64,000 bases of DNA from Vitrella brassicaformis CCMP3155 (lineage: Eukaryota; Protista; Chromerida), in contig CDMY01000305.1 of the NCBI GenBank assembly GCA_001179505.1, forward strand, positions 1 through 64,000, read 5' to 3'. Positions within the stretch are counted from its first letter, which is position 1. The number at the start of each line of letters is the position of its first letter. Positions 23,626 to 37,785 of this stretch are shown here, piece by piece. The notes beneath the pieces were generated by a model that saw only the letters and a list, made by a program, of their open reading frames with translations, searched no databases and was not told where the DNA came from. The position numbers and the translations under genes are program-made.

Positions 23626-24204
23626 AAGAATGTTGCGCATTTGTGCGTCAGGGAGCTGCAACTACTGCGAGAGGGGATCAACCTGCAAATCGACCAGGCC
23701 ATCAGGTCTGTCTGTGGTGGGAATGGTCCACGTGTCTGTCTGCTGTGCTGCCCTGCCCGTTGCGCTGCATCCTGTATGTGTGTGGATGTAAGTAATGCAT
23801 GCAGGTGGCACTCACTGTCGCCCCGGTCTGAGAGGCCCTCATGATGGATGCAGCGAGCGACGGACGGGTGCAGCCGTAGGTAGGATGTGTGTAGAGAGAG
23901 GTACATGGCGCACCATCCACTCATTAATGCATTGCGAGAGAGCTAGACCAACTCAGACGTTCGTGTCGTATGAACATGTATCTGTTATCGAAGCTGTCAC
24001 CGTCTGCCATGTCATCCAGTCAGTCAATCATTCACCGCACACACTCATCCATCAGTCAACACCATTAAACGCACCTCATCCTGCCGCCGTCTCTGGCTAC
24101 ATAGAGAGAGGCAGGCAGCAGATGAGCATCTACCACGGCATTCACGTCGGTGACACCGTCTGGCTGGGTGCCACTGGGTGAACACATCAGGAGAGTGACT
24201 CATA

Positions 24205-26269
24205 CTAACTCCATGCCAGCTGCTGCCAGTCGACCGCTGCCACGTCCTTGGTGAAGCCGTTGTCGATGCTGGCCGGCAGCCCGTCGTATCTCGCGGCCTC
24301 GTCCAGGATGGCCCGCTGCACCACCTCACGCAACTCCAGCAGCCGATGCCCCCTCACGGCGAAGCACTGCAGCTGCGGCACCCGCACCCTCTCGCCGCCC
24401 ACATTGGTCGTCCCGCCCACCACCTCCTTATTGCCCACCACCTGCAGCGATGCGGCGGCCCTCACGAACCGCGCCATCGCAGTGTTGACGCGGCGGCCGA
24501 CCTCAGTCACGTTCTGGACGGGGCGGGGGCTCTGCTCGAGCACCGATGGGTTGACGAAGGACGACGCCACGCGCCATGCGATGGCCGACATGTCCTGGTT
24601 GGCGAAGGGCATGTAGTCGTCTTGCCAGGAGGGCTCCGGGTCGACGTGTGGGGGGAGGGGGGGAGGAGGCACCGAGCGGCGGGATGGGTCGAATGAGAGG
24701 AAGGCGGCCTTGAGCCGCTGGGCGGTGGCATTGTGGAGTGCCTCTGTCAGCGCGTCGGCCATCTCGCGCTGAGGTCGCAGGGCGGCGTTGACGGCAGCCA
24801 TGACGTCATCCGGCATCTCGTTGAGCACTGTCGCGTACTCGGGCAGCACCAGCTGGCGACGACGGTGGTGTCGCTCTGTGGCTGTGGGCATGAGGGCGAT
24901 GTCAGCGCCCGCCTGGAGGAGCACACGGATGGTGGTCCTGATGCGGGGGATCCGGATGCTGAGCCGATCCCTCTCGGCCTGCCCCGTGTTGTTGTCTTGC
25001 AGCCGCTGCGTGTCGTCATCGAGTCGCTTGGCAGCGACAGTGAGAGGTGTGAGGGTGGAGAGGTTCGGCAGGCCTCTGTTGATGTCGGCAGCGGGGAGGC
25101 GCCGGCAGAGAGACGCAGCGACACAGTGGAAACCCCAGTTTGCCACCCGATGCAGTGGCGTCCAACCAAGAATGCCTGTCGCCGTGATGTCCGCCCCGTT
25201 GGTGATCAGCAGGCCGATGTAGCTCTCGATAAACTGCTGGGACCAGACGGGAGGGGTCAGGGCCGCCCAATGCAGCGGACTGGTGCCATGGTTCGCATCG
25301 GTCTCGGTTGCGAGTGTGCTGTCCCGCTGGATGAGCTGCCGGTAGATGGACAGCAGCGTGGCCTCGTGAGCCTCAGTCGGCTGGTCCGTCGGCAATGTGA
25401 AAGGCAGCTCCATCACCCGACGCCCCCGCAGCTGGATGCCTGGAACAGACAGACAGACAGACAGACATAGAATCGAACATCATGGTGTGTGTTACGTGTC
25501 GTGAGTGCTGTGAATGGGTGCGTACCTGGCTGGCCCATCAGGAGGCCGAAGGCGGCCCGGTTGCACGAGGCGATAGCCACTCGGATGGGCCTAGAGAACC
25601 CCCTACCTGCGTTGATGTCCGCCCCTCTTTCGATGAGGGCCTTCATGATGGCGAGCTGGAGCGTGGTGTCCTCCCACATGGGCAAAACGACGGGACAGTA
25701 GTCATCGCCGTCGGCTGCCCAGATGGACGGCACGCTGTTGTCCGTAAGATTGTCGATGCACAGCGACATCAGCGGACAGGTCCAGTAGCCACCCGTGCTG
25801 CCCGCCGCCCGCAGCAGTGTCTCCACATTGGGGTCGGCTCCCTGCTGCTGGATCATGTCCGTCATCTGCTGTGCGTCAGTGACGGTGCGGCGGATGATGG
25901 CCTTGGACAGCCGACTGCTGGCGACACTGGTGCCACAAGGGAAGCGGGCGTCAACGACCTCCTCCTTCAAGCTCTTCCAGCCAGGTGGTAGCGGTGGACC
26001 TGTGGCACAGCGTCCACAGGGGAGGGTGGTATCTGTGTTGGTGGTGGGTGATTTGTTCACCGACCTCTATCCTGTCGGTCCTGCTCGCTGCCCTGCTGCC
26101 CACCAGAGGCACCAACACCAGCTCCACCAACACCACTGCTGACGCCCCCTCCGAGACGGGGCGGTTGCGGTGGGCGAAGACCAGTGGATGAAGGCACGCC
26201 AACACCAGCAGCAGCAGGAAGGGCAGCGGGGGGGTTCTGCACACACCATACACAACAAAACACAGCCAT
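24205..26269 (-). CDS. Ankyrin-repeat protein of the type expanded in Vitrella
   Basis: Ankyrin motifs QQGADPNV, ALIERGADINAG, GTSPLHWAAL and TNGADITATGILGWTPLHRVA in ORFs 25413..26060 and 24205..25416, joined by an intron. 5' end uncertain. Confidence 0.88.
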
Positions 26270-26550
26270 GCCACCTGTGGGTTAGTCAGCCATCATCGTG
26301 CTGTGGTGCTGACTGAGGGACAGAGGAGGCATGCAATCACCTGTGGCTGTTGGCCATTGGGCAGTTTGGCGGCAGGTTGGTTTGTCTGGCCGTCTCCCCT
26401 GGCCCTCTTGTGCTCCTCACGCTCCAGAGGAGAGCCGGCACGCTTCACAACACCTACACCTTCACACACACACACACACACACACGACCCAGACCATGAT
26501 GACGAGCTGCAGCAGCCCGGCTGCTGTGCATTCATTGACTACCCGTGTAG

Positions 26551-27035
26551 CTAGATGCCGATGCTGCCGATGCTGCTGCTGCTGCTGCTGCTTTGTGGCC
26601 CACCCGCCACGCTTGCCGTGAGATGAATGACCTGCCGTTTGCCGCGGCGGAACAGCCGATGACACACACAGGTAGGGGAGAGTGGGTGAGGGTGTCTGTC
26701 TGTCTGTCGCGGTGCTCTTGTGTGTTGGCGTACCGGTGATGGCATGTGAGAGGGCTTTGTCATGGAGGCGTTGTTCCTCTGCCTCATGACGACATTGCTC
26801 ACCGCACCATCGCCCGCACGGTCCTCCTGGTGCTCCTCCACATCCACTGGCCGCCGCTCGTCACCGCCGCCACGTTGCTCTGCACGCTCTAGATCGTCTG
26901 CACACACGATGCTTGGCGATGTTGCGATGTGTGTGATGTGCTGCATCTGTCTGAGCTGAGTGTACCTTCATCGCCATCGTCACCGTCCGCCGGGCCAGCA
27001 GAGGCCATGTCGGTGTCCTGACGACCCGACGACAT
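26551..27035 (-). CDS. Small acidic spliced ORF; either a separate gene or 5' exons of the ankyrin gene
   Basis: MSSGRQDTDMASAGPADGDDGDE|DDLERAEQRGGGDERRPVDVEEHQEDR via a canonical GT-AG intron; the downstream linkage is ambiguous. Confidence 0.4.
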
Positions 27036-27949
27036 CGCTCTCACTCACTCAGACAGACAGACAGCTGCACCACGGACCACACACAGACAGATGAGGGCCT
27101 GCAGGCACCTGATGCATTTGTTGTGTGCGTCAGTGCTTGCCTATCAAAGGTATGAGTCGGCGGCCAGCCGCACACTCACAGACACACTCAACCAACCACT
27201 CCGCCCGTCGACAAGGCAGACCTGAAGACCACAAACACACACAGCCAGCAGACAGATCATCGGCGTCCCTGTGAACGCAACCAATCGCCGCATCTTCCCA
27301 CTCACCGTCGGAGAGGCCGCCACGTGGCGCTTTCAAGAGTGACGGATAAGCCGCTGATGGATCAGTTTGCACACGGGAAGCGGACCAGCAGGGCTTCACA
27401 GTGCCTCCACTGGCTCACCAAGAGGACCCTTAAACAACAAAATCGTCCCCTTCTCTCAGGCTCGCATCGATCGGCTTGGGGTTGACAATGGAGGGTGAAG
27501 GAGCCCTTCTGGTGGGCTCACAGGACTCGTGAGGAGCCAAGCATTCAGCCGCAGTGCGCCCAGCTCACTTTGGATGAATTGCTGATGTGAATAGAGCAGC
27601 TCACTAAGTGAGCGTATGCTGCTGATGGATAGACTCCTATGTGCCCACAATGTTTGTGTCTGCGCTGCGTGAATCGATGAAGAGTGGTCACTACTTCACA
27701 TGAGCACACAGTATAACAAAAGCATGAGACATCTCACACAGTCACCATCCCGCCGTCGGCCGCTCTTCGAGGTCACTGTGGCAGTCGACAGGCACACACC
27801 AAACACACACACACACGATGGCCGCACACACGATGGCATCGCTTCCTCGCGATCGATCTCTATACTGTCAGCTGACTGCCCTTCTGAGAATCACACACAA
27901 ACACACACGCCCCTCTCCCCTCCCCTCCCCTCCCCAGCTCACACAGCCT

Positions 27950-28500
27950 CTCTCAAAAGCTCGCCAGTTTGCCCAGCAATCCCTCGCCGTCCCAGTCACC
28001 ACACCAGGGGCAGTCAGCCGCACCAGCAGCGCGCGCCCAGATGCGCCTCGTCGTGGCGTTGTCCCGCCGCAGCATTTCGCTGTACTTGATGTCAGCCCTC
28101 GTCAGCGATGTCATCACACAGAGGGGCTAAAGGCGAACGGCAGCAGCCGGCTGAGCAACCGGTTGATGAGCGCGTCATTGCAGCCAACCCACTTAATAAG
28201 CTGGCCCGCTGTTTCTTCCACCGTCTTGTGGACTTGTGCTGCTGCTCCTCCTCTTGCTGTTGCCGTTGCTGTTGAAAGGCTGCCTCTTGCTGTTTCAGCA
28301 GGTCGATGGCCTCGCGGATGCCTCGCAGCATGGCTGCCTGCCGCTCACCATAAGCCTCGCTCTCTCCGCCCTGTCCCTCTGCCTCTCCCATGATGGCCCA
28401 CTCAGGATGCTCTTCATCGGTCCGGACCTCGATGTCAAAGGAAGCGCCGATGGCCATCCGGGCAGACCTGAAGGGGTGGCCCTCAGAGAAGCCCACTCAT
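27950..28500 (-). other. Coding-like segment (Gln/Glu-rich) of unresolved structure, possibly a gene fragment
   Basis: ORF 28092..28496 (MAIGASFDIEVRTDEE...LLKQQEAAFQQQRQQQEEEQQ) is flanked by coding-like sequence in other frames; I could not build a clean gene model. Confidence 0.3.
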
Positions 28501-29743
28501 ATCGGCCCGCCGCAGCCACCGCCCGTATGGTCTGCACGCCCCGCACGCAGACACATTTAGACGCACACAGATGTCCTCAGAGTGGTGAGTAGTTGGGTTT
28601 GCTCGTTTGCCGCCCACCTCTCTTGAGCTCTGCCGGCAGTTCTACACTATGTAGAACTGAGCATAGTTGCAGTACTGCGTGTAGATCTGATCGAGAGCTT
28701 TGCCTTGTCCTCCACGGGGCGCAAAGGCCGTCTGGCACGGATGTCGCCGAGCTTCTCGATCATCTTGTTGACATTGTACTCTACACACAGTCACAGACAC
28801 AGACACACACACAGACACACACACAGAGAGAGATGACTCGAACATACTCGAACAGTGGTGTGCACCACCGTCAGATGGCGCTTTGACGGTGGTGCTTGTG
28901 GCTGTGCAGGTGATATGTTTGATTTGGTGACATGTTAGAACACAACACTGACTGGCTCGTACGTGAGCGTTCTGCTGCGTTATGTCATCCGACAACCGGC
29001 AATCAGTCCATCCCTTTCAGTCAGACACACTCGATCGAGTGGATAAATGCACGAGAGTCACCATGACATGCACAAGGCAGGCCACCCAATGGAGGGAGGG
29101 TAGGCTTAGATAGATAATCAGGGCAGGCACCCGCGCAGGGGAGGCAGGAGGGCATGCAGACAGCAGAAACATCCACCCGGTGGACGGACGAGAAAAACAC
29201 CCCATTCCATTCCATGGCATGCATCCGACGAACAAATAGCCGCCCGCTCTTCTGCGAAGAAAGGAGGGAGGGAACGGTGGGTGCCATTCCTCACTCACTG
29301 CTCGGGGCGTGTTTCTATCTCCCGTCTCCCCACGGAGACCACTGTGCTCGTGTTAGGGAGCACACGATCAGCGTGAGAAGATCCGTGAGGAAACTCCGCC
29401 GCGAACGGTGCAAGACACCCAGGAAGACAGTGTCGATCGATCAACAACGAGGACGGGCACGCGTGAAATGGTCTCCCCTCCCCCCCGCTCCCCCACTCTT
29501 TCTCATTACGCGGGCTCACGTTCTTCCCATCCCCGCTAGCAAGTCACTCGGCCACACTGGCTCGCCGTCTACCGCAGCCTGCCTGCATAACCTGCCCGCC
29601 CCACGACATCGCATTCTAGCTGTGAATGATACAATGGCCATTAGAAAGAAGAAAGACCCGCCAATTGCTGTTGATGCGCTCACTCACTGCCTGCCTGCAT
29701 GGCACTGCCTGCCTGCATGGATCGTGTCTGTCGTATGGTGACG

Positions 29744-31238
29744 TCAGAGGTGGTGTATGACGTCCTTGAGGTAGTGCGACGCCCGCGAGAGGAGGGAGGT
29801 GTCCATCTGACGCTGCAACTCTTGACGACGATGCCTAAACACACACATACATAGACACCCACAGACACAGACACATAACAACAAAGTGCAGGTGCTGCCT
29901 GTGTCTTGTGTTGTGTTGTGTTGTGGTGATGGTCAGTCACGTCACCGACCTTTGCATGAGGTACTCCCTCAGCCAGTGGATGCCCAGCCCGCCCCCAACG
30001 AGCAAAACCAAACGAAAGGTACCTGTGTGGTGTGCACACAACCAATCAATAAGACGGCATGGCATCAACACAGCTGGCGGCGTGTGCGTGTGCGCGTGCG
30101 TGTGTGTCTCGAGGCACTTACCCGACTTGAGGAGCCTTCTGGCCCATCTAGGCAGCTTGATCCAGGCGGGAGGGTCAGGCTCTGCTGGGGGGGCCTGCGT
30201 GAGGCTCTCAGCGACGGCCTTCATGTTGTTCTGGATGATGACAGGTGGCGGCTGGGCCGCCTTGCTCGTCGCCTCTACCGTCTGCTTGACGATGTGCTGA
30301 GTCCACGCGGCGATGCTCTGGGACCTGACAAAGAATATAAACGGACAGACAGACGCAGACAGTCTTCCCGTGGCACGACAATGGACCTCTTCCCCTCCCC
30401 TCCCCTCTCCTCTCTTCTCCTCTCTCTGTGTGTGCGTGTGCGTGTGCGTGTGAGTGTGTGTGTATGCGCACCAGAGCTGCTGCTGCGCCAGGTTCTGCTG
30501 CATGGCGCGTGTCTGCTGCGCCCCCCAGCCGCTCCCCTCCCCCGGATGTGCAGCAACGGCGTATCCATGCCTGCCGCCCGCTCCCGCCCCCCCATTAGCA
30601 CTCGCACCGGCGTACGGCGCCACCGAGTAGTCCGGCTGGGGATAACCAGCTCCGCCGCCCTGTTGGTGATACGCAGCATAGGCACCAGCAGAGGAAGGGG
30701 GGGGGGGNNNNNNNNNNNNNNNNNNNNNNNNNNNNNNNNNNNNNNNNNNNNNNNNNNNNNNNNNNNNNNNNNNNNNNNNNNNNNNNNNNNNNNNNNNNNN
30801 NNNNNNNNNNNNNNNNNNNNNNNNNNNNNNNNNNNNNNNNNNNNNNNNNNNNNNNNNNNNNNNNNNNNNNNNNNNNNNNNNNNNNNNNNNNNNNNNNNNN
30901 NNNNNNNNNNNNNNNNNNNNNNNNNNNNNNNNNNNNNNNNNNNNNNNNNNNNNNNNNNNNNNNNNNNNNNNNNNNNNNNNNNNNNNNNNNNNNNNNNNNN
31001 NNNNNNNAGAGGAAGGGGGGGGGGGGTGGTGAAGCGAGTAAGGGGAAGAGGAGGAGCTGCTGGCGCCCCCCGCATAGTCGGCGGGGAGGACGGTGGCCCC
31101 GTAGGCAGAGTGGCCAATCCCCCAGCCACCGTAGTCACTCACTTGGGACGGACGAGGGATGGTCTCGACGTCGTCTTCGCTGCTAGTCGGGGCGGCTTCA
31201 CCACTCCCGCCGCTCGACCAACCGAAGAGCCGCCTCAT
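29744..31238 (-). CDS. Gly/Tyr/Pro/Ala-rich protein with one C-proximal transmembrane segment
   Basis: MRRLFGWSSGG...QQQLW|SQSIAAWTQHIVK...LKSG|TFRLVLLVGGGLGIHWLREYLMQ|RHRRQELQRQMDTSLLSRASHYLKDVIHHL*; the first exon is interrupted by an N gap. Confidence 0.65.
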
Positions 31239-31680
31239 CGCCACACCGACGGCTGCCCAGTCAAGCCCACGGAGTAGCACCAGTTGCAACCAACCAAGAC
31301 GAAAGACAAGAAGCTCCGAGCGTGTCGAGGACCAAAGACGGGGCTCTTCCGGCCGATGCTGCCTCTTGGAGGGTGCAGCAGGAACCCGGGGCACCTAAGA
31401 CGAGAGCCCACTTCTTGCGCGCTTAGCAGCAGCAGCGGTTTCAGGGAGCACCCTAGGTGGCCTGACGGCCAAGTCCCCTGTCGTCTGTCCAACATGAAAA
31501 CACACACCCTAACATGCAACCCGGACACGAAACGCGCTTAGAAGGTGCGAGCTCTGGCGAAAGAAGGTACGAAAACAGCGCTTCCAGGTGAAGGCAGTAC
31601 AGAGACCTGTCTATTGACGAGATCTCACTCTTCGGCAATGAGTGGTTGACTAACTATCAACCACACAGATCCAACTGCGC

Positions 31681-34600
31681 ATGATGGAGGCTGCCGGTCC
31701 GTCTGCTGACGAAGTGCGCCGCCTGCGCCAGATGTGTATCCACTCTCGCAGCCAGCACGACTCCCTCGTCGAGCCCTTTCTCGACTCATTCCGAGACGTT
31801 CTCTTGCGCATCAGCCTACCCAAGGGCGAGCAACGCCAAGGTCAAGACGATGTCGCCCTCGCAGCCGCCCCCTCCCGCCCCTCGCCCTATCCCAAACAGT
31901 TCCATCGAGATCTCGCGGATGTGACCGACCGCATCATGGCGGCGGATTCCGCGGTGCTTGGTTGGAATTTCAGTATGCTTCTCGCCCCCCTGCTGGCCCA
32001 TCTGCAGTCCCAGCGGCTGGTGGACTCTCTTGCCAGACCAGACGGGTGTCTGCCCGGTGACCTGCGTGTGCTGGAGGGCATCTCGCGGGCTCTCGCGACG
32101 CTCATTCGGCGTGCTGGCGTGCTGGGCGCCATCTGTCAGCAGATGGGTGATGAAGGGATGCATCCACACGATGAGGCGGGTGGTGCGGGGGGTGGTGGTG
32201 CCGACCGTCGGCTCAAGATGCTGGGCATAGTGGTGCCTCACGTGGCCCGCTGTCTGGAGAATGCCAGCGTGCAGAAGGACGAGGTCTGCGTGTTGGCGCT
32301 CATCGACCTGGCCGACGCCGTCAACCTCACTCTGGCCGGCTGCCTCAGCTCACTCGGCAAAGCCGAGGCCGACGGCCTGGTGATGGCGCGAGAGCGGGTG
32401 CCTGGTGGTACCACCTCTGCACCACCCCCACCACCACCACCCTCTCCCGTGGCGATTTTCGGCGTGTGGACGGGCATCTTCATCTCCCACTCGCTCGCCA
32501 TCTTCGCCAGCCTCCCGACACGCGCAGTGCGGCTGCAGATCTGTCAGGCGCTGCAACGGATCCCCGCTTTGTTTGATGATGGGGGCGCCAGAGGTGGCGG
32601 GGAGAATGAGGCGGGGGCAGCAACAGCAGCGCCACGAGGAGCGGCCTACGAGGCGCTGTGCAACCTTTTCCCCTCTGTGGCCACACATCTGAGCGGCTAC
32701 CTCCGCTCGGCCGGTCACGTCGAGAGCACCTCCCCACTGGTGGCGGCCGCAAATGCCCTCACCTCATGGATCGATGCCGTCCTGAGAGACGACCGAGTGC
32801 GACCCTTCGCAGCCGATGCGGCAGAGAGGGCGTGTCATGACGGCATGGCTGTCGATGAGCTGAGAGAGGTGATGAGAGGCTGGGCGGCTTTGGGGAGGAG
32901 GGAAGGGGCGGGTGGCGGTGGCGAGGAGGGGGGCAAGACGAGAAAGGAGGACGGCACGCTGCTGCTGGGCCCGGCGTGGGTCAGAGAGACCTCGGAAAAC
33001 GTCATGAAGCGAGTGGAGGTGAGATAGGCAGATGGGCGAGCAAGAAACGACATATGAATCCGGTTGTGTCTCCTTTCATCCCATGTGTATATATCTCAGT
33101 TGATATTCACCCGCCCCCCTCCCTCCGCCGGCGAGAGCCCTCGTCTGCGGCTGGCCCTCACCCAGCTGGCGGCAACACTCATGACCAACTGCTCCGTCGC
33201 CATGTGCTGCGCCGGCGGCCGCAAGACACCTACGACCACCAACATCGTCGACACGCTCGACTATCTTGTGTCGGCTTTGGGCGATACTGACGATTGTGTG
33301 GTGTCGGAGGCGATGAGGGCGCTTATGGGGGAGGTCGTGAGGGGGAAGATGGAGAGAGAGGTGAGGGGCCGGATGAGGGCGGCGATCAGGGCGCTGAACG
33401 GGGAGGAACTGGCAAGTAAGTGCGGAGGGGGAAGTGTGGCGCCGTGATGTGATGTGTAAGTTGTGTTGTGTCTCTGTCTGCAGATGAGGTGAAAGTCAAG
33501 GCGAAGCTGACCCCTCGGCTGACGCGCGTGCTGGGGTGGGTCAGCGACACAGCTGCCTCATTCATTGTCTTTTGACGGATGCACCTTGTTGTTTTTACTA
33601 TCAGGTACGCCCGGCTGGCGCACGACCTCCGCAAGTCGATGAGTGCTGGTGGCTCGATGCCGCTGTCGTCCTCCTCGGCTCCCTCATTCGACCTCTCAAT
33701 CGACGCGGAGGTCATCTCCCAGCTGCTGGCTGTCACACAGCTGCACACGCCACCACTCAAGGTAGGCAACAAACACGGGATGTAGCCATGCAGACAGACA
33801 GACAGACAGACAGACACGTGGGGCACTCTCTGTCTGTCCTATGGATGCGCATGCGGTCTTCAGTCGACGCTTCTCGACACAACCACGCTCACATCGCTCC
33901 CAGCCAAATCGGTGGGCGGGCAATCGATCACAGATAGATGGATCGATCTCGGTGCACCATTCTGGCCGGCCACTGTGTGCATTCCGCTTTGCTGCTGGGT
34001 GTCGCCCCTGTGTGTGGTCATATCAGATATCGGCATCTGAGACATCCGTCGATCTGTTCCCCTACCGGCTGCCAGAAGACGAAGTGCTGCTGCCCGTCGA
34101 CCTAGAACAGCAAACTGCGGCCGAATGCTCAGAAAGCACACCAGATGGGGAAGGGAGTTCTTCTCGTGGTGGTGGTGGTGGTGTGGTGTCGTGTGTGCGG
34201 GTGGGTCTGATGGACGAGGGGCAGCCGAGGAAGTGGATCGACAAGGCGCTGAAGCTGCCGCAGGGCGACAGAGAGACAATCAGGTGCGAAGCTGTGCCTG
34301 CCTGCATAGATGGACGGATGAGTGCTGTCTTATCTATCTGCCCTTGTCTGTCTTTGTCCTATGCTGTCTGTGGTGCAGTTTGTTGGTCGAAACACTGGAA
34401 GCCCTGGTGTCCCATGACGCGCCATCCCTCCTCCTCTCCCTCGTCAGCCATCCCCCCTGCCAGTGGCACACACAGCTCACCGACACAACCACCGCCAGCA
34501 ACGACTGGTACCTCCCACAGCACCAGCACCCTCCCGCCCCGCTGCCCCTCTCCCACACGCGCATGCACGCCCGCATGGCGGCTCTCTACATCCTCACCGT

Positions 34601-37153
34601 CGCCCTGGACCTGGCGGCCAGGCGGCCGTCGTCATCGCTGCTGCCCCCATGGCTGGTGCGGTGGTGTGCGGACCTGTGTGTGTCGACGGAGACCATGCCG
34701 CGGGCGCTGGAAGCTTATGGTGGGGGCACTGATGGTGTGTGTGAGGGGAGGCTGTATGGGCTGGTGTGGATGGAGTGCCTCCGTGCGGCCATGAAGGCCC
34801 TGCGCAGGTGTGAAGAGCAAGAGACCGACCAGAGGGGCAGGGGAAAGGGAGCCGTGCATCGACAGGTGAGAGAGAGACAGAGTGAGTGTGCCCATGATCA
34901 GATCAACCTTTCTCTCGGTGTTGTGTTGTTTGTTCATCGGTCGGCTCGCTCAGGTGAAGCACATTCTCTTCCCCTTGTTGGAGAGGCTGGGCAGCCACTC
35001 GCTCGTCACGTCCACCGCCGCACACGCCACTCTCAACACCCTGGCCCAGCTGCTGCAGACGAGGAGGGATGATGGCAAGAGCGGCAGCAGCACCGAAGGC
35101 GGCGAAGGCATCCCCTGGCTGCTGGAGCACTACGCCGACTACCTCATCGACACCATCCTGCGGCGGATCACTTACACACACCCCGAGGTCAGCACGCACA
35201 ACAACACAGCCACACGCCACACCACACCACACACAGGCGTGTGTTGCTTGGTGCTTGGTGGGTGCAGCTGTTGTTCGTGTCAGTGGAGGCCTCTTCGCCG
35301 CCCCTGCTGGGCTTCCACGAGCACCAGGGCGGCCACACGGGCACCATCCTGACCTCAATCGTCACCTTCAGCACCCCGGCACTCGTCCCCTACCTGCTCG
35401 ACATCGTCACGGCCCTCCTCGACGCGCTGCCCCCAGACGGCCACCACGGCCGCTTCACCACCCCTGTGTGGGTGCTGCGTGTCTTTGCTGCAATCACACG
35501 AATGCTCGCCTCGGCCATCTTCCAACAGAGGCTGGCGCGAAGGACACAGAGGGCGGCAGGGAGAGGACCGCGTCCAGGCAAGAGAGATGATGAAAGTGCC
35601 GTCGGGTACTCCCCCTTGTGCGGCGTGCTGAGTGGCGAGCGGCCTTACTGGACTGAGGAGCGGCGGGTTGACGGCTATGATGAGCGGGACCTGAAGGACG
35701 ACCAGTGGCTGGACGAGGACCCACTCGAAGACCACCAAGACGACAGTGCAGACACGACGGGAGAAGGCGTCCACGATCCGAGCAAGGAGCCTCCTGATGC
35801 CGCACAGGGAGAGGCTGGTGTGGTGGATTGGGTGTTGGGTGGGAAGGGCAGTGGTGGTTGGTCAGGGCGGCTGGGGGCTGGTGGTGACGTGTGGGGCGAT
35901 GGGGTGTATGCCAAGGAGCGGTGGCTCGCCGACGAGATCATGGGCAGGGCCAGACACCACCTCAACAGAGACCCTAGGCAAGCTACCTAGCAGATCAGCT
36001 GAGCGAGGGGGAGAGGATTCATCTGTGTGGGTGGTGTGTTGTGTCTGTCGGGTGTGTGTGTGTGTAGGTTGGTGGCTCGGTACCTGTCCCACCTGTGTGT
36101 GCTGCACGCGACCTCTGTCCTCTCGACGCGCATACGGCAGCTCAAGCCGCGCATCCATGACGTAAGTAAAGTGTGCACAAAACAAGACGCTCGCTAGGGG
36201 CGGATGACTGATAGGCAGGCAGGCAGCTTGTGGTTCGTTCGACCGGTCGGTCATGTCATGTAGGTGTGGCCATCGTTGGTGCCGTCATTCCACCTGTCGT
36301 CTCCCGTGCCCATCGTGACGGTGGCCTGTCTGCTGCTCAAACACACTGCCCGCATATCGGGCGACTTCCTCAGAATGAGGTGCGGGTGGGGTGCGTGTCA
36401 GTCAGTCAGTGAGGGAGGGAGGGGAGAGGGAGGGGAGTGCCGCCTGTTCTCTCTCTCTGTTTGTGGCCATGCATGATTCATTTCGTTCGTCAGGTTTGGC
36501 AATGACATCTTGCCTCTGTTGATAAAGCGGCTGGGTGCATCCCCGCCAGCCTCCGAGGAGGACTCCCGGCTGAAGAGCAACGCCTTCAAGTGAACAAACA
36601 AATCACTCACGAGCAAGAAGCGAAGCACACACACGCTCTTTCGTGAATGTTTTTGTCCCTTTCCTTGTGGTGTGGTGTGTACCTAAACCCATCTGTCTGT
36701 CTGTCTTTGTGTGCATCACATCAAACAAACAGGTTTCAGTATGCCAGTTGGGACCTGCTGTCGTTGATCGCCAGAGAGCCCTCCCTGCTGGCCACGTCCG
36801 TCCCCCAAGTCACCCTCACCGCACTCAGCGCCCTCCGCACCCACCCCACGACGGCAGCAGCCATCAAGACACTCATCCTGCGCCTGTTCGACACACTCGT
36901 CGCCACACACGCCGACACCATCGACCTCCTCTGCAACACGGTGCTCGAACCATCGGACCAGGACAGTGACACCGCCGCTTTCTTGGCTGAGCTCGGGTGG
37001 CGGGGGGGGAGTGGGGGCGAGATTGACAGAGAGGCGGTGTGTGGAGTGTTGGGGCGTGTGAGGGAGGAGGAGATGCGCCTGAGGGCGCGGATACCTCCGT
37101 CGATGAGTGGGCAGACGTTCGTCGACTTCTTGAGTAGTGCCCGCAGGCAGTGA
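31681..37153 (+). CDS. TTI1: TELO2-interacting protein 1 homolog (TTT complex, HEAT repeats)
   Basis: ILFPLLERLGSHSLVTSTAAHATLNTLAQ, WLLEHYADYLIDTI, IMGRARHHL and ISGDFLRMRFGNDILPLL match segments I recognise as conserved in TTI1; long helical multi-exon gene. Confidence 0.8.
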
Positions 37154-37785
37154 GTGACGACAAGAGCAGAGCCGCAGGCAGCGCAGAGACAGAGAGATGC
37201 CAGTGGGGCAGCCAGCGGCTTTGTATGAATGTATGTATGTATGTGTATCTCTGTGCTCGTTTGACCTGCGCCGGCCGCGCCACACATCAACATGACGGCG
37301 AATCTCTTCCAAACACGACGTTCCTTCACACCCCGCTGCTGTCCGATGCAGTCAGTTCCTGGGTGGTGGGTGCAGCGCTGAATGTGCCCGTCTTCACCCA
37401 TTTACTGGGATGTCGTCACACCCCGTTGACATGGCGAGCTTCTGTCCGATGCAGTCAGTTCATTCAGCTTCTGGGTGGTGGGTGCAGCGCTGAATGGGGA
37501 GAGAGAATGCGTGTGAGTGATGACCATTCGTCGATGTGACGGGAGATAACATGTGTTTGTTCAGCAGAGAAAGTAGTTAAGTGTACAAAAACAGTCGGTG
37601 GATCGCTGTGCCGTCCGCCATTCCATCCGTCCGTCCATTCCACTCCATTCACAGACCACTTACTCCACTCCACACACCTCACTCTCACTCACCCACAGCA
37701 TAAATCTCTCTCCCACTGTCCACATTATCCATCCATCCATGACCTGCAGCTGCCGGTTTCCTTCCTCCCTCTCCTCGTCAGTCAG

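Noticed and set aside
28497-28499. In-frame TGA upstream of ORF 28092..28496 as possible selenocysteine or readthrough
   Set aside because: No selenoprotein motif or SECIS recognised, and the gene model is unresolved.
29744-31238. PEX13-like call for the Gly/Tyr-rich membrane protein
   Set aside because: Similarity is compositional only; no SH3 domain or alignable motif.
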